Shown here: piece by piece, positions 28,568-37,246 of the stretch | Layout: each line of letters opens with the position of its first letter | How positions within the stretch are numbered: the stretch's first letter is position 1 | Source of the DNA: Candidatus Rokuibacteriota bacterium | GTDB taxonomy: Bacteria; Methylomirabilota; Methylomirabilia; Rokubacteriales; CSP1-6 | Direction: 5' to 3' | DNA: 40,263 nucleotides | Assembly (NCBI GenBank): GCA_016184305.1 | Contig: JACPCX010000123.1 | Span: 1 to 40,263 of the forward strand | Position numbers and translations under genes: made by a program | Notes under the pieces: generated by a model | The model's input: the letters and a program-made list of their open reading frames with translations, nothing else | Database searches by the model: none | What the model was told of the DNA's origin: nothing

Positions 28568-28947
28568 ACGTCGTGGATTCGTCGGTCTGGCTCGAGTACT
28601 TTGCCAACGGCCCTGGCGCCGGCTTCTTCGCGCCCGCCATTGAGGACTCGGCCCGACTCGTCGTTCCGACGATCTGTCTGCTGGAGGTCTTCAAGCGGGT
28701 CCTGCAGCAGAAGGGGGAGGGGGCCGCGCTCCAGGCCGTCGCGCTCATGCAGCAGGGACAGGTCCAGCCGATGGATGCCGGCATCGCGATCAGAGCGGCC
28801 CGGCTCGGCGTGGCCCACAAGCTGCCCCTGGCCGACAGCGTGGTCCTGGCCGTCGCGCGGCACTGCGAAGCGTTGCTGTGGACACAGGACGCCGATTTCG
28901 AGGGCCTCGACAATGTGCGCTACCTGCCCAAGGGGCGCGCCCGCTGA
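28564..28947 (+). CDS. vapC: PIN-domain (VapC-type) toxin
   Basis: VVDSSVWLEYF, LLEV, LADS and TQDADF acidic quartet; GTGA overlap with the antitoxin. Confidence 0.9.
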   Translation: MNVVDSSVWLEYFANGPGAGFFAPAIEDSARLVVPTICLLEVFKRVLQQKGEGAALQAVALMQQGQVQPMDAGIAIRAARLGVAHKLPLADSVVLAVARHCEALLWTQDADFEGLDNVRYLPKGRAR

Positions 28948-28953
28948 CGGCCG

Positions 28954-29928
28954 GTGCCATTCGCCTACTTCAGGAAGCTCAACCGGCGGCAGCAGGCAAT
29001 CTATCTCCGGAGCGACGGGATCACGGCCGTCCCGCTGCCCCGGGCCCCGACGCTCCGGCCCCTCGTGGCGGAGCTGGCGGAAGCCCTCCACGGCGAGGAG
29101 CGGCCGCCCACCGAGCAGGCCGCCCAGCGCCTCGCAGCGGGCCTCGCGTCAACCCTCGGGGTGCCCCCGGTGAGGGTGCAGGTGCTCGCGGCCCGGCCAA
29201 ATGCGAAGTGGGGCGAGCTGCACGGCCTGTACGAGACGTCCCGCCGGCCCGGCCAGCCGCCGCTCATCACGCTCTGGATGCGGACGGCGCGGCAGAAACG
29301 GGTGGTGGCGTTCCGGACATTTCTCCGGACGCTGCTGCACGAGATGGGGCACCATCTCGACTACACGCTGCTGAGACTCGGCGACTCGCTCCACACGCAG
29401 GGCTTCTACCAGCGCGAGTCGCACCTCTTCCATCAACTCGTCACCGACGGAGGCCAGCGCATGGCAACGATCGAGGAGCAGATCGCACGCATGGAGCGGA
29501 CGGCGGACGACTTCACAGCGGCCACCACGGGCGTGCCGGAGACCGTCCTCTCCAGGCGGCCCGACGAGAAGAACTGGGCCCCGAAGGAGATCGTCTGCCA
29601 CATGCGGGACACGGAGGAGGGGTTCATGGGACGCTTCCAGGCCATCCTGGAGATGGACGAGCCCAGGTTCCTCCCGGTGCAGCCGGACCGCTGGGCCACC
29701 GAGCGCCAGTATCTCCGCAACGATGCCGCCGAGGCGCTGGCGGCCTTCCGGGCACGGCGCGCGGAGTGCCTCGCCTTCCTGCGCGGGCTGCCGCCCGAAA
29801 AGTGGGAGCGGGGCGGCATCCACGCCACACGCGGTCGGATGACGATCAAGGACTTCGTCGCCCTGATGGCGTGGCACGACGACAACCACCTGGATCAGCT
29901 CAGGCGCGCCCTCGACGGCAAGCCCTGA
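28954..29928 (+). CDS. Fusion of an HExxH metalloprotease-like domain and a DinB-family domain
   Basis: N-terminal LLHEMGHHLDY; C-terminal WAPKEIVCHMRD and WHDDNHLDQL; internal GGAGG plus ATG at 29461. Confidence 0.75.
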   Translation: MPFAYFRKLNRRQQAIYLRSDGITAVPLPRAPTLRPLVAELAEALHGEERPPTEQAAQRLAAGLASTLGVPPVRVQVLAARPNAKWGELHGLYETSRRPGQPPLITLWMRTARQKRVVAFRTFLRTLLHEMGHHLDYTLLRLGDSLHTQGFYQRESHLFHQLVTDGGQRMATIEEQIARMERTADDFTAATTGVPETVLSRRPDEKNWAPKEIVCHMRDTEEGFMGRFQAILEMDEPRFLPVQPDRWATERQYLRNDAAEALAAFRARRAECLAFLRGLPPEKWERGGIHATRGRMTIKDFVALMAWHDDNHLDQLRRALDGKP

Positions 29929-29955
29929 GCCACCCCCGATCACGGAGGCCCGCGC

Positions 29956-31053
29956 TCAGGCGCGTGCCTGCTCGATGGCGTTCCGGATCAGCGCGGCGTA
30001 GCGGTAGAACAGGTGCGCGAACTTGCCGTACGGCAGGGCGATGAACAGGGCGGCGACCATGCCGAGGTGAATCGCGAGCAGCGTTCCCATCGCCGGTGTC
30101 TCGCGCAGGGCGAGCAGCAGGAGTCCGGTCACGCTGGTCAGGAGCAGGGCCAGCAGGAAGGCCACGTCCATGCGCGCCATCCGCCGTTCCGCCGGCGCCG
30201 GGTCGCTCTGCCACTTGAGGGACAGGAGGCCGACGGTCCCGATCACGAGCATGACCCCGCCGAGGGTGCCCAGGACGACGGGGGCGCTCAGGAGCGGATA
30301 CGGCGCCGGCCAGCCCAGGAAGTGGTCGTAGATGGCGGCCACCGTCGTCGCCGCCAGATCCAGCAGGAAGCCGTAGAAGACGAGGTGGTGCAGCCACCGT
30401 CGAGCGTGAGAGAAACCCTCGTCCGGATAGTTGCAGCCCGCCCCGCCCCCCCCCAGGTAGCGCAGGCTGAAGGCATCCGCCGTCGCGCGCAGGAAGGCCC
30501 GCGCGTCGAGCATCTCGCCCGCGCTCCCGTGCGTGTCGCGCCAGAAACGGATCACCCCGCCCAGCAGCACCGCCAGCCCATAGAGCGTGATCGCCAGGGC
30601 CGGCAGGACCATGGCCGCGTATGGGACCACCGCGTAGAAGGCGCCCGGCCCGACGTGGGTCGAGAACAGCAACCCGGGCCCCCGCAGGGCGAGGACCAGG
30701 AGCAGGACGACGGCCACGGACACGGCGCCGATGAGGCCGCCCGCCAGGCCGCTGCGCCGGTACAGACCGGAGAGCACTCGGGGCCAGCTGTAGTCCCGGT
30801 ACGTCTCCACTCGGAGCTCGGCGAAGACCTTGGGGACATTGACCGCGAACTCGTGCGGCGGCGCGTACTGGCACGCGTAGTAGCAGTCGCGGCAGTCGAA
30901 ACAGAGGTTGGCGAGATACGTCAAGTCCCGGGCGGCAAAGGTCCGCCGCAGCTCCATCGCGGGAAACACGGCGCAGAACCCTTCGCAGTAGCGGCAGGCG
31001 TTGCAGATGACCATCTGCCGCTCGGCTTCCTTGATGAGCTCAGCGGCTGGCAT
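29956..31053 (-). CDS. tcuB: Tricarballylate utilisation Fe-S membrane protein
   Basis: CNACRYCEGFCAVFPAME, CFDCRDCYYACQYAPPHEF, LPYGKFAH. Confidence 0.92.
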   Translation of the reverse strand: MPAAELIKEAERQMVICNACRYCEGFCAVFPAMELRRTFAARDLTYLANLCFDCRDCYYACQYAPPHEFAVNVPKVFAELRVETYRDYSWPRVLSGLYRRSGLAGGLIGAVSVAVVLLLVLALRGPGLLFSTHVGPGAFYAVVPYAAMVLPALAITLYGLAVLLGGVIRFWRDTHGSAGEMLDARAFLRATADAFSLRYLGGGGAGCNYPDEGFSHARRWLHHLVFYGFLLDLAATTVAAIYDHFLGWPAPYPLLSAPVVLGTLGGVMLVIGTVGLLSLKWQSDPAPAERRMARMDVAFLLALLLTSVTGLLLLALRETPAMGTLLAIHLGMVAALFIALPYGKFAHLFYRYAALIRNAIEQARA

Positions 31054-32437
31054 GCCGGGCAGCCTCCCTGCCCGCGATCCTGCCGAACACCGTGCCGATC
31101 GTGAGCCCGAATCCCGCGAGGTACCCGCGCCCGAGGATGTTCCCGGCCATCACCTCTCCGGCCGCGAAGAGATTCGGCGCCGGCCGACCATCCTGCAGGA
31201 CGACCTGCGCGTGCCGGTTCACGGTGACCCCCAGGTAGGTGAAGGTGATCCCCGGCCGCAAGGGATAGGCCCAGAACGGCGGCTGGTCCACCGGCAGCGC
31301 CCAGTGGCTCTTGGGCGGATGAAGGCCCTCCGTCCGGCAGTCGTCCAGCCGCGAGGGGTCGAAGGACCCGGGCCGGACAGCCCGGTTGAATGCCTCGACG
31401 GTGGCCACGAGCGCTTCCGGGTCGAGGCGCAGCGCGCCCGCCAGATCGGCGAGTGATCCGGCCTCCAGCGGCGGGTAAACGGACGGCATGAACCTCCCCG
31501 CTCCCCTGGCATCGACGATCGAGTAGGCGATCTGGCCCGGCTGTCTCGCGATGAGCCCGCCCCAGATCGCGTAGCGCTTGGGCCAGAAGTCCTCCCCCTC
31601 ATCGTAAAAGCGGCAGGCGTCACGATTGACGACGACGCCGAACGGCACGCTGTCCAGACGCGTGACGATCCCGCCGTCGAACTTCGGCGCCCGGGCGTCG
31701 ACCGCCACCGCGTGGAACTCGCGCGGGTCGCCGACCGGCCTGGCCCCGTGTCCGAGCAGGTCCTTCAGCAGTCCGCCCCGGTTGTACGGGGTGCCGCGAA
31801 TCACGAAGTTGTCGGCGGCGTCTCCCCAGTACTCCCGGAGCCACGGGATATTGGCCTCGAAGCCGCCCGAGGCCACCACCACGGCCTTCGCGCGGACCTC
31901 GTGCGACGCGCCGGCTTTCGCGACGATGGCCGACTGGAACAACCCATCGCGCACGTTCAGGCGCGCGACGTCCGCCTCGTACAGGACCTCGACGCCCAGC
32001 GTGCGGGCGGTGGCGTAGTAGGCGTTGACCATCGCCTTGCCACCACCCAGGAAGAAGAGGTTCGTCCGGCCCAGGTGCAGCGTGCCCTTGAGCGGCCGCT
32101 GCCACCTCACGCCGTGCTCCGGCATCCAGTCGCCGAGAGCCGCCGATTCGCGGATCGTGAGCCGCGCCAGCTCCTCGTTGGTCTTGCCGCCCGTCACGCG
32201 CTCGAGATCGTCCCGGAACTCCTCCTCGCCGTAGGACCCCGTCACGAAGGCGCTGGGCCGGTCGTGCATGTACCGGATATCGCGGGTGTGCCGGCTATTG
32301 CCCCCGCGCATGGAATCCGGGGCGGCCTCGAGCAGGAGCACGCTCGCCCCCCCGCGCCGCGCCGTCATCGCCGCGCACAACGCGGCGTTCCCCCCGCCGA
32401 TCACCACCACGTCGAACACACGGGTCAGGTCGGTCAC
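31040..32437 (-). CDS. tcuA: FAD-dependent tricarballylate dehydrogenase
   Basis: VIGGGNAALCAA, RGGNSRHTR, FFLGGGKA, APKFDGGIVTRLD, EGEDFWPKRYAIWG, GNILGRGYLAG. Start at GTG 32437. Confidence 0.92.
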   Translation of the reverse strand: MTDLTRVFDVVVIGGGNAALCAAMTARRGGASVLLLEAAPDSMRGGNSRHTRDIRYMHDRPSAFVTGSYGEEEFRDDLERVTGGKTNEELARLTIRESAALGDWMPEHGVRWQRPLKGTLHLGRTNLFFLGGGKAMVNAYYATARTLGVEVLYEADVARLNVRDGLFQSAIVAKAGASHEVRAKAVVVASGGFEANIPWLREYWGDAADNFVIRGTPYNRGGLLKDLLGHGARPVGDPREFHAVAVDARAPKFDGGIVTRLDSVPFGVVVNRDACRFYDEGEDFWPKRYAIWGGLIARQPGQIAYSIVDARGAGRFMPSVYPPLEAGSLADLAGALRLDPEALVATVEAFNRAVRPGSFDPSRLDDCRTEGLHPPKSHWALPVDQPPFWAYPLRPGITFTYLGVTVNRHAQVVLQDGRPAPNLFAAGEVMAGNILGRGYLAGFGLTIGTVFGRIAGREAARHASR

Positions 32438-32539
32438 CGGGCCCGCGCCTCGATCACACCAACGCCTGCCTGTGCGCTCACGCTCCACCTCCGCCCACGC
32501 ATCCTTCACGATCCGCGTCTCCCCTGTCAAGCCTCCAGT

Positions 32540-32650
32540 CCGGCGCCCCGCCGCCACCACGTCATCATCCGCGACGCCGGAGTGCCGATCACGGCCCGCG
32601 GCGGAGAGAGACGCGTCATCAGCGCCGCCGAGGTCATCCTGGTCAGGGAG
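32540..32650 (+). pseudogene. Degenerate fragment of a cupin-like gene
   Basis: PAPRRHHVIIRDAGVPITARGGERRVISAAEVILV resembles the APRRQ...GETRVIGAGEVILVED pattern of small cupin-fold proteins. No start and no proper end. Confidence 0.45.
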
Positions 32651-32806
32651 GCGCGGAGCCGGGAGACCTCCGCGAAGACCGACGTGCTGCGGTGGGACTC
32701 CAAGAGCCCGTCGTCCATGCGCGATGGGATTCACGCATCGGCTTCGACGACACCCCGGTGTCACGGCGTCCTGTGACGCCCTCGATCGCGCGCCCGGTCG
32801 CGCGCC

Positions 32807-33160
32807 TCAGTCGCCCTCGCCCGGCGGCGCCCGCCGCCGGCGGGGCGGGACGAGGGCGGCCCGCACGAGGGCGGCGACCTTGGCCCGCGCATCCTCCAGG
32901 TTGCGCGCCTGGGTGCGCGCCGCCTGACTCGTCACCACCAGCCGGCCATCGGCGTCGAGGCGGTGGCGGGCGAGGCCGCGCAGGCGGGCGCGGGCGGCGT
33001 CGGACAGCCCCTCCACCGCGGCGAGATCGACGCGCAGGTCGATCTTGGTCGCGACCTTGTACACGTTCTGGCCGCCCGGACCCGAGGCCCGGACGGCGTG
33101 GACGGTGAGCGCCGACGGCGGGATGCGCACCGCATCCGTGACGACGATCGCGTCGCTCAT
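32807..33160 (-). CDS. arfB: Alternative ribosome rescue factor B (peptidyl-tRNA hydrolase), C-terminally truncated
   Basis: RASGPGGQNVYKVATK, SQAARTQARNLEDA. The protein ends PPRRRRAPPGEGD without the long basic tail. Confidence 0.85.
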   Translation of the reverse strand: MSDAIVVTDAVRIPPSALTVHAVRASGPGGQNVYKVATKIDLRVDLAAVEGLSDAARARLRGLARHRLDADGRLVVTSQAARTQARNLEDARAKVAALVRAALVPPRRRRAPPGEGD

Positions 33161-33253
33161 GCCCCCATTGTACGCGGCCGTCGGGGCCAGCCGGTGGTGG
33201 CAGCGCAGGTCGCGCATGGGCCCCGTCGCCAGGCAGCGCTCGCCCGGCGACTC

Positions 33254-33622
33254 GGCCTCAGGTGACCGAGGCGGCTTCGAGCGTCGGGAGATAGTGCCGC
33301 GCGTCGGGGAAGCCGATGGGACGGATGGCGGGCGGCGTGACGCCGGCCTCGCGGTGGGCGGCGACGAAGTCCCTGAGCGCGCGGTAATCACCGATGGCGC
33401 CCGGCGCCGCCCCGAGGCGGTTGGCACGACCTCGGGGCCGGGCGAGCGGTCACAGGCCGCGAGTTCCGCGGCGAAGCCGCTGCCGGCCAGCATCGCGCGG
33501 TAGAACGGCAGCGCGAGGGAACGGGTGAGCTCCGCCTCGAAGGCCTCGAGCGGCTTCCCGCCCGCTCGCGCCCGCGGCGGATCGCGGGCAGCGCCTCGCG
33601 GCGGATGTACTCCGGCGCCCAG
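33254..33622 (-). pseudogene. Degenerate duplicate of the 3' part of the LLM gene at 37247-38209
   Basis: Aligns base by base with 37243-37676 apart from substitutions, small indels and a 63-bp deletion. Confidence 0.9.
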
Positions 33623-33754
33623 CAGCAGGGCCACCGTCAGCAGTCACTACTGTTCGGGGTTCCTGTGGGGTTTGGTATCTCCCCGGCGACGCAATCAGGT
33701 CTCGCGCTCAAAGAACGCCACGGTCTCCCGCGCAAGGCATCCCCTATGGACACC

Positions 33755-33785
33755 AAGAGGCAGGGGCTGTGAGCCCCTGCCTCTT
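33755..33785 (-). terminator. Hairpin terminator downstream of the secreted protein gene
   Basis: AAGAGGCAGGGGCT-GTG-AGCCCCTGCCTCTT, a perfect 14-bp stem. Confidence 0.7.
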
Positions 33786-33837
33786 CGTGCAGGGCGCCGC
33801 GTGTCGCCGGCGCGCTACTGCTGGCAGATGACGGTCG

Positions 33838-35421
33838 TTACGGGCCCTGCGTCGTGCAGATGATGCTCACTACGGGACCGTTCCCACGATGGCCGGGGTT
33901 GGGCCCGTAGCCGCCGTCCTGATGAACCAGGAGGATCTCCTTGATGTTGCCGCTGATGTTCGGTCCGTTCTTGAGGACCGTGTCAGTGACGATGATCGCG
34001 ACGAACTCGGGGATCGTGGCCGGCGGAGGGGGGCTGTTGCCCACCCGGCTGTTCCACGTGCCGCCGCAGAAGAGATCGTTCTGGCTCGCGTAGCCCTTGA
34101 AGCTGGCCACGCCGTTGCTGACGAAGCCGCTCATGAAGTTGTTCTTCCACCACTGCGCCCCCCAGAAGTTCACGACATTTCCGATGGCGTGAGGCTCGAC
34201 GTCGCCGATCACGAAGACTGCCGGAGGCGCGCAGATCAGCGAGCCAGAGTCCTCTGCCTCCAGGTCGCCGTCAGCCTTCGCGACGGCGGCGGGGTTGGGC
34301 TGGCTCTGGCAGGCTTCGAGCGGCGTGGTGGGCGCGCTCGAGATCGTGACGGTCACCGATCCACCGCTGGCGATTGTGCCAAGGGCACAGTCCAGGTTGT
34401 TGCCGGCAATGGGATTGGTGCAGCTCCCCTGACTCGGCGTGGCGTTGAGCCAAACGAGGCCGCCGTTGCCGGGCAGCGCGTCGGTGAGCACGACGTTCGA
34501 GGCGGGCAGCTCGCCGATGTTGCTGACCACGATGGTGTAGGTGGCCTGCCCGCCGGGAAGGAAGATCCCCCCGTCCGACTTCGCGACCTTGAGCTGGGCC
34601 GGACCGAGGATCTTGTTGAGGGTCATCGTGATGTCGATGGTGTTCGTGGAGAGCTCGGCGGTCCGGCCTCGGGCGCAGAGGCCGAGGAACCCGGACTCAG
34701 GAGGACAAAGGACGATCTCAAAGATGGTGCCCGGTCCTGGCACCAGGCCGAATGTCAAGGAGTACTGCTGCGAGCCGTCGAAGAACGTCGTGTTGGCGAT
34801 CGACGCGAGGGGGAAGATGAAGAAGTCCGAGCAGGGGGGCGTCGTCGCGATATGGGTAAGGGGGTCGCAGCCCGAACCGTCCGCCGGGGGATCGACGTTA
34901 ATGGTCTCGGTGAAAAAGATCGGGATCAAGGCCGGCAGCGACAGGACCTCGGTGCCCCCAACGTTCTCGATCTTCAGCAGCGTATCGATTTGGACGCCGG
35001 TCAGAAACGGGGGCAAGATGGTGCGGTTGGCGTGGGTGACGTGCGAGATGACCTGGGTCTCGCCATCGTTGATCGTGCCATTCAACGCGTCGAGGCTGAG
35101 CACGCTTCGGGCATCCGAGAGCGGCGGTCCCACCTCAGTGAACGGGTCCGTCCCCGTCACGAAGCTTGCCCCCCCCAGGCTGCCCCAGCCGATCGTCTTG
35201 TAGGTAGCCGCCGGTGCCGGAGCCGGTTGTAGCAGGTAGAACTCGATGCCCGTGCCTGCCCCATTCGTGCTGCTCTCGCTGCCAAAGGTGAAGCCACCGT
35301 GCTGGACCCAGCTGAAGGGTTGCGCTGCGCTGGCTGGCCCCGACAGACCCACGGCGAGAGCCAGCAACCCTACCGCGATGAGGACGCTTCGGATCAATCT
35401 TGTGCCCATGTTTGTGCCCAT
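33838..35421 (-). CDS. Large secreted multidomain protein (THxN-like N-terminal domain, DUF11-like domain, FWGAQW C-terminal domain)
   Basis: Signal peptide ending PASA-AQ; VTHANRTI; LKVAKSD..TYTIVVSNIG..ASNVVLTDALP..CALGTIASGGSVTVTI; VNFWGAQWWKNN. AGAAGGAG RBS before ATG 35421. Confidence 0.8.
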   Translation of the reverse strand: MGTNMGTRLIRSVLIAVGLLALAVGLSGPASAAQPFSWVQHGGFTFGSESSTNGAGTGIEFYLLQPAPAPAATYKTIGWGSLGGASFVTGTDPFTEVGPPLSDARSVLSLDALNGTINDGETQVISHVTHANRTILPPFLTGVQIDTLLKIENVGGTEVLSLPALIPIFFTETINVDPPADGSGCDPLTHIATTPPCSDFFIFPLASIANTTFFDGSQQYSLTFGLVPGPGTIFEIVLCPPESGFLGLCARGRTAELSTNTIDITMTLNKILGPAQLKVAKSDGGIFLPGGQATYTIVVSNIGELPASNVVLTDALPGNGGLVWLNATPSQGSCTNPIAGNNLDCALGTIASGGSVTVTISSAPTTPLEACQSQPNPAAVAKADGDLEAEDSGSLICAPPAVFVIGDVEPHAIGNVVNFWGAQWWKNNFMSGFVSNGVASFKGYASQNDLFCGGTWNSRVGNSPPPPATIPEFVAIIVTDTVLKNGPNISGNIKEILLVHQDGGYGPNPGHRGNGPVVSIICTTQGP

Positions 35422-35663
35422 GAAGACGCTCCTTCTTTCTTCGGCGTGATCATCTTTCGGCGTGACCATCACCTGGGATCCCTCACGTCGCTCCACACCA
35501 GCCCCCCTGCCGGCGCCCACCGAGCAACCCGCCCCCTCAGCTCAGCCCGTCGTCTCATGGACGTCGCCCGAGTCATCGCCACGAAAGACGCTCGACGCAG
35601 GCGTCAGTACGTTGCCAGGATCATCCGCCAGCGTTTCGGCGGCCCGAAAGTTGCGCCGTCATT

Positions 35664-35679
35664 GGCAAGTCCGGTGCCA
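35664..35679 (-). promoter_or_regulatory. Sigma-54 promoter of the secreted protein gene
   Basis: Minus strand TGGCAC-CGGAC-TTGCC. Confidence 0.65.
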
Positions 35680-35858
35680 CGAGGCTTAATGCCCGTCGTG
35701 GAATGCCCTTGCAGTTTGCGCGGGCTCCCGAAATTGACGAAGTGCAAAGCTCGCCGACACTCGCTGCCACGTTCTATTGTTTTCCGGCTACCCGACGTGG
35801 ACGTCTTATCCGTCTTGCATAGTACTAGTACTAACCTACTAGTACAGTAACGCATGAG

Positions 35859-36062
35859 TCAAGAAGCAAGACCCGTGTGCTGGAGAAATGCAAAGGCGAG
35901 GGTGGGGTGACGGGCCACTCGGCGCAGGCCGCGGCGGAGCGCGGCCTCAACCTCGTCGAGATTGTCAGCGCAGAGATTGGCCAGTCGTGCCCCTTGACGT
36001 TCCCTCAAGCCAGCTCGCTGATGTTGCGTTCCGGCGCGCAGCCGGGCGGGGCAAGGGTCCAG
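35859..36062 (-). mobile_element. IS630-family transposase remnant (3' end, pseudogene)
   Basis: PGCAPERNISELA*GNVKGH, a frameshift, then LANLCADNLDEVEAALRRGLRRVARHPTLAFAFLQHTGL. This matches the PxYAPELNPxExxWxxxK..LAN motif of DDE_3 transposases, with the Trp codon turned into a stop. Confidence 0.75.
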
Positions 36063-36063
36063 G

Positions 36064-36528
36064 TACCCCCACGGCGAGGAAGAGAAGGTTGCCACGGAGA
36101 CCGGGAAGGTACTCGGCCGATTGGTCGACGGCGGAGTCGTGTCGGCGCCGTTCCCCGTCAGCGCCACGTGTACGCGGGCCGCTGTGATCGAGGGTCACAT
36201 CGAGTCGGTCGTGATCTCGACCGAGCGGCCGTGCCGCGTGGACGCGGCGAAGCACGCGATGCGCGAGTTCGGGCGCGCCCTGGGCACGCTCGGCCTGCCG
36301 TCGGCCCCGCGCAACCTGATTGTCGTTCACGACGATCCGTTCCGGCCGCAGCCGCGCCTGGATCGCGACGCGGATGGCGGCATGGCGACCAGCGTCGGGC
36401 GCGTCCGCGCCGACGCCGCGATCGAGAACGGCCTCGCGTTCGTCCTCGTGTCGCACAACACGAAGATGGGCGCGGCCAAGGGCGCGGTGCTGGTCGCCGA
36501 ACACCTGGCGTCGGCCGGGTACGTGTGA
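36064..36528 (+). pseudogene. asd: Aspartate-semialdehyde dehydrogenase, 3' half only
   Basis: GEEEKVATETGKVLG, SATCTR...EGH, DPFRPQPRLDRD, VGRVR, SHNTKMGAAKGAVLVAE. The N-terminal NADP-binding half is absent. Confidence 0.85.
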
Positions 36529-36633
36529 GGCCCCGCCCGCGGAGGCAGACGCGACGCGCTCCGACGATATCCAGCGGCCGCCAGCGCGCCTGTCGTCCGT
36601 CGGCCGGAGCGGGTTCCGGGCCAGCGGCGGGCT

Positions 36634-36663
36634 CGGGCGGGCGAGAGCCCGGGTGCCCGCGCC
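36634..36663 (-). repeat. Fourth copy of the REP-like repeat
   Basis: Reverse complement GGCGCGGGCACCCGGGCTCTCGCCCGCCCG matches 7361-7390 at 28 of 30 positions. Confidence 0.75.
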
Positions 36664-36666
36664 GGG

Positions 36667-37221
36667 TCAAGAATACAGGCGGCCCGTCTGGGCCGCCCGG
36701 TGGTGGCAGAACAGCGTCCATTCGAGGGCGCGTGGCGTCACGCCGCACGCGCGCGCGTGGCGGCGCAGCTCGCGCAGGTAGCCGAGCCACTGGTCCACGG
36801 TGAATCCGCGGCCGCGGGCATTGACGCCCACCGACCGGAGCGCGAAGAGCAGCTGCCAGACGCGGATGTCGAGGACGCCGTAGCGTCTCGGATCGAGCAG
36901 CGTCAGGATGGCCGAGGCCATCGGCACGCTCACGCCGCGGAGCGCGGTGAGCTGCTCCATGCGGCGCCGCTCGCTGCGCGTCGTCAGGACAGCGCGGGAG
37001 ACGGCACGGATGCGGGGCGCCGGGTTGCGCCGGCACTGAGGGAGGGCCCGGGGGCTCTTCCACCGACACATGGCGAGGAGCTCGGCGCGGGAGAAGCCGC
37101 CGGCGCGCTTGACATGGCGGAGGCGGTGGATCAGGGCCTTGGTGCCGGGGTCCTCACCGAGGATGGGCAGGTGCCGGAGCAGGTGGCGCAGGCTCCGGTA
37201 GCGGACCGGCCCGGTCGCCAC
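36667..37221 (-). CDS. Helix-hairpin-helix (HhH-GPD-like) hypothetical protein
   Basis: MCRWKSPR, LTALRGVSVPMASAIL (HhH), YGVLDIRV. Start at GTG 37221. Confidence 0.7.
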   Translation of the reverse strand: MATGPVRYRSLRHLLRHLPILGEDPGTKALIHRLRHVKRAGGFSRAELLAMCRWKSPRALPQCRRNPAPRIRAVSRAVLTTRSERRRMEQLTALRGVSVPMASAILTLLDPRRYGVLDIRVWQLLFALRSVGVNARGRGFTVDQWLGYLRELRRHARACGVTPRALEWTLFCHHRAAQTGRLYS

Positions 37222-37246
37222 GCGGCCCTCGCGAGGCGCCGGGGCC

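Noticed and set aside
33623..33750. Possible gene tail (LARETVAFFERET*, minus strand) or element end next to the duplicated segment
   Set aside because: Too short to assign, and I found no matching inverted repeat elsewhere in the window.
35422..35655. Riboswitch in the long leader of the secreted protein gene
   Set aside because: I could not recognise the conserved motifs of any riboswitch class by eye. A covariance-model search would be needed.
36005..36007. In-frame TGA in the transposase remnant as selenocysteine or recoding
   Set aside because: It sits at a conserved Trp position in a fragment that also has a frameshift and motif decay, so it is a nonsense mutation.
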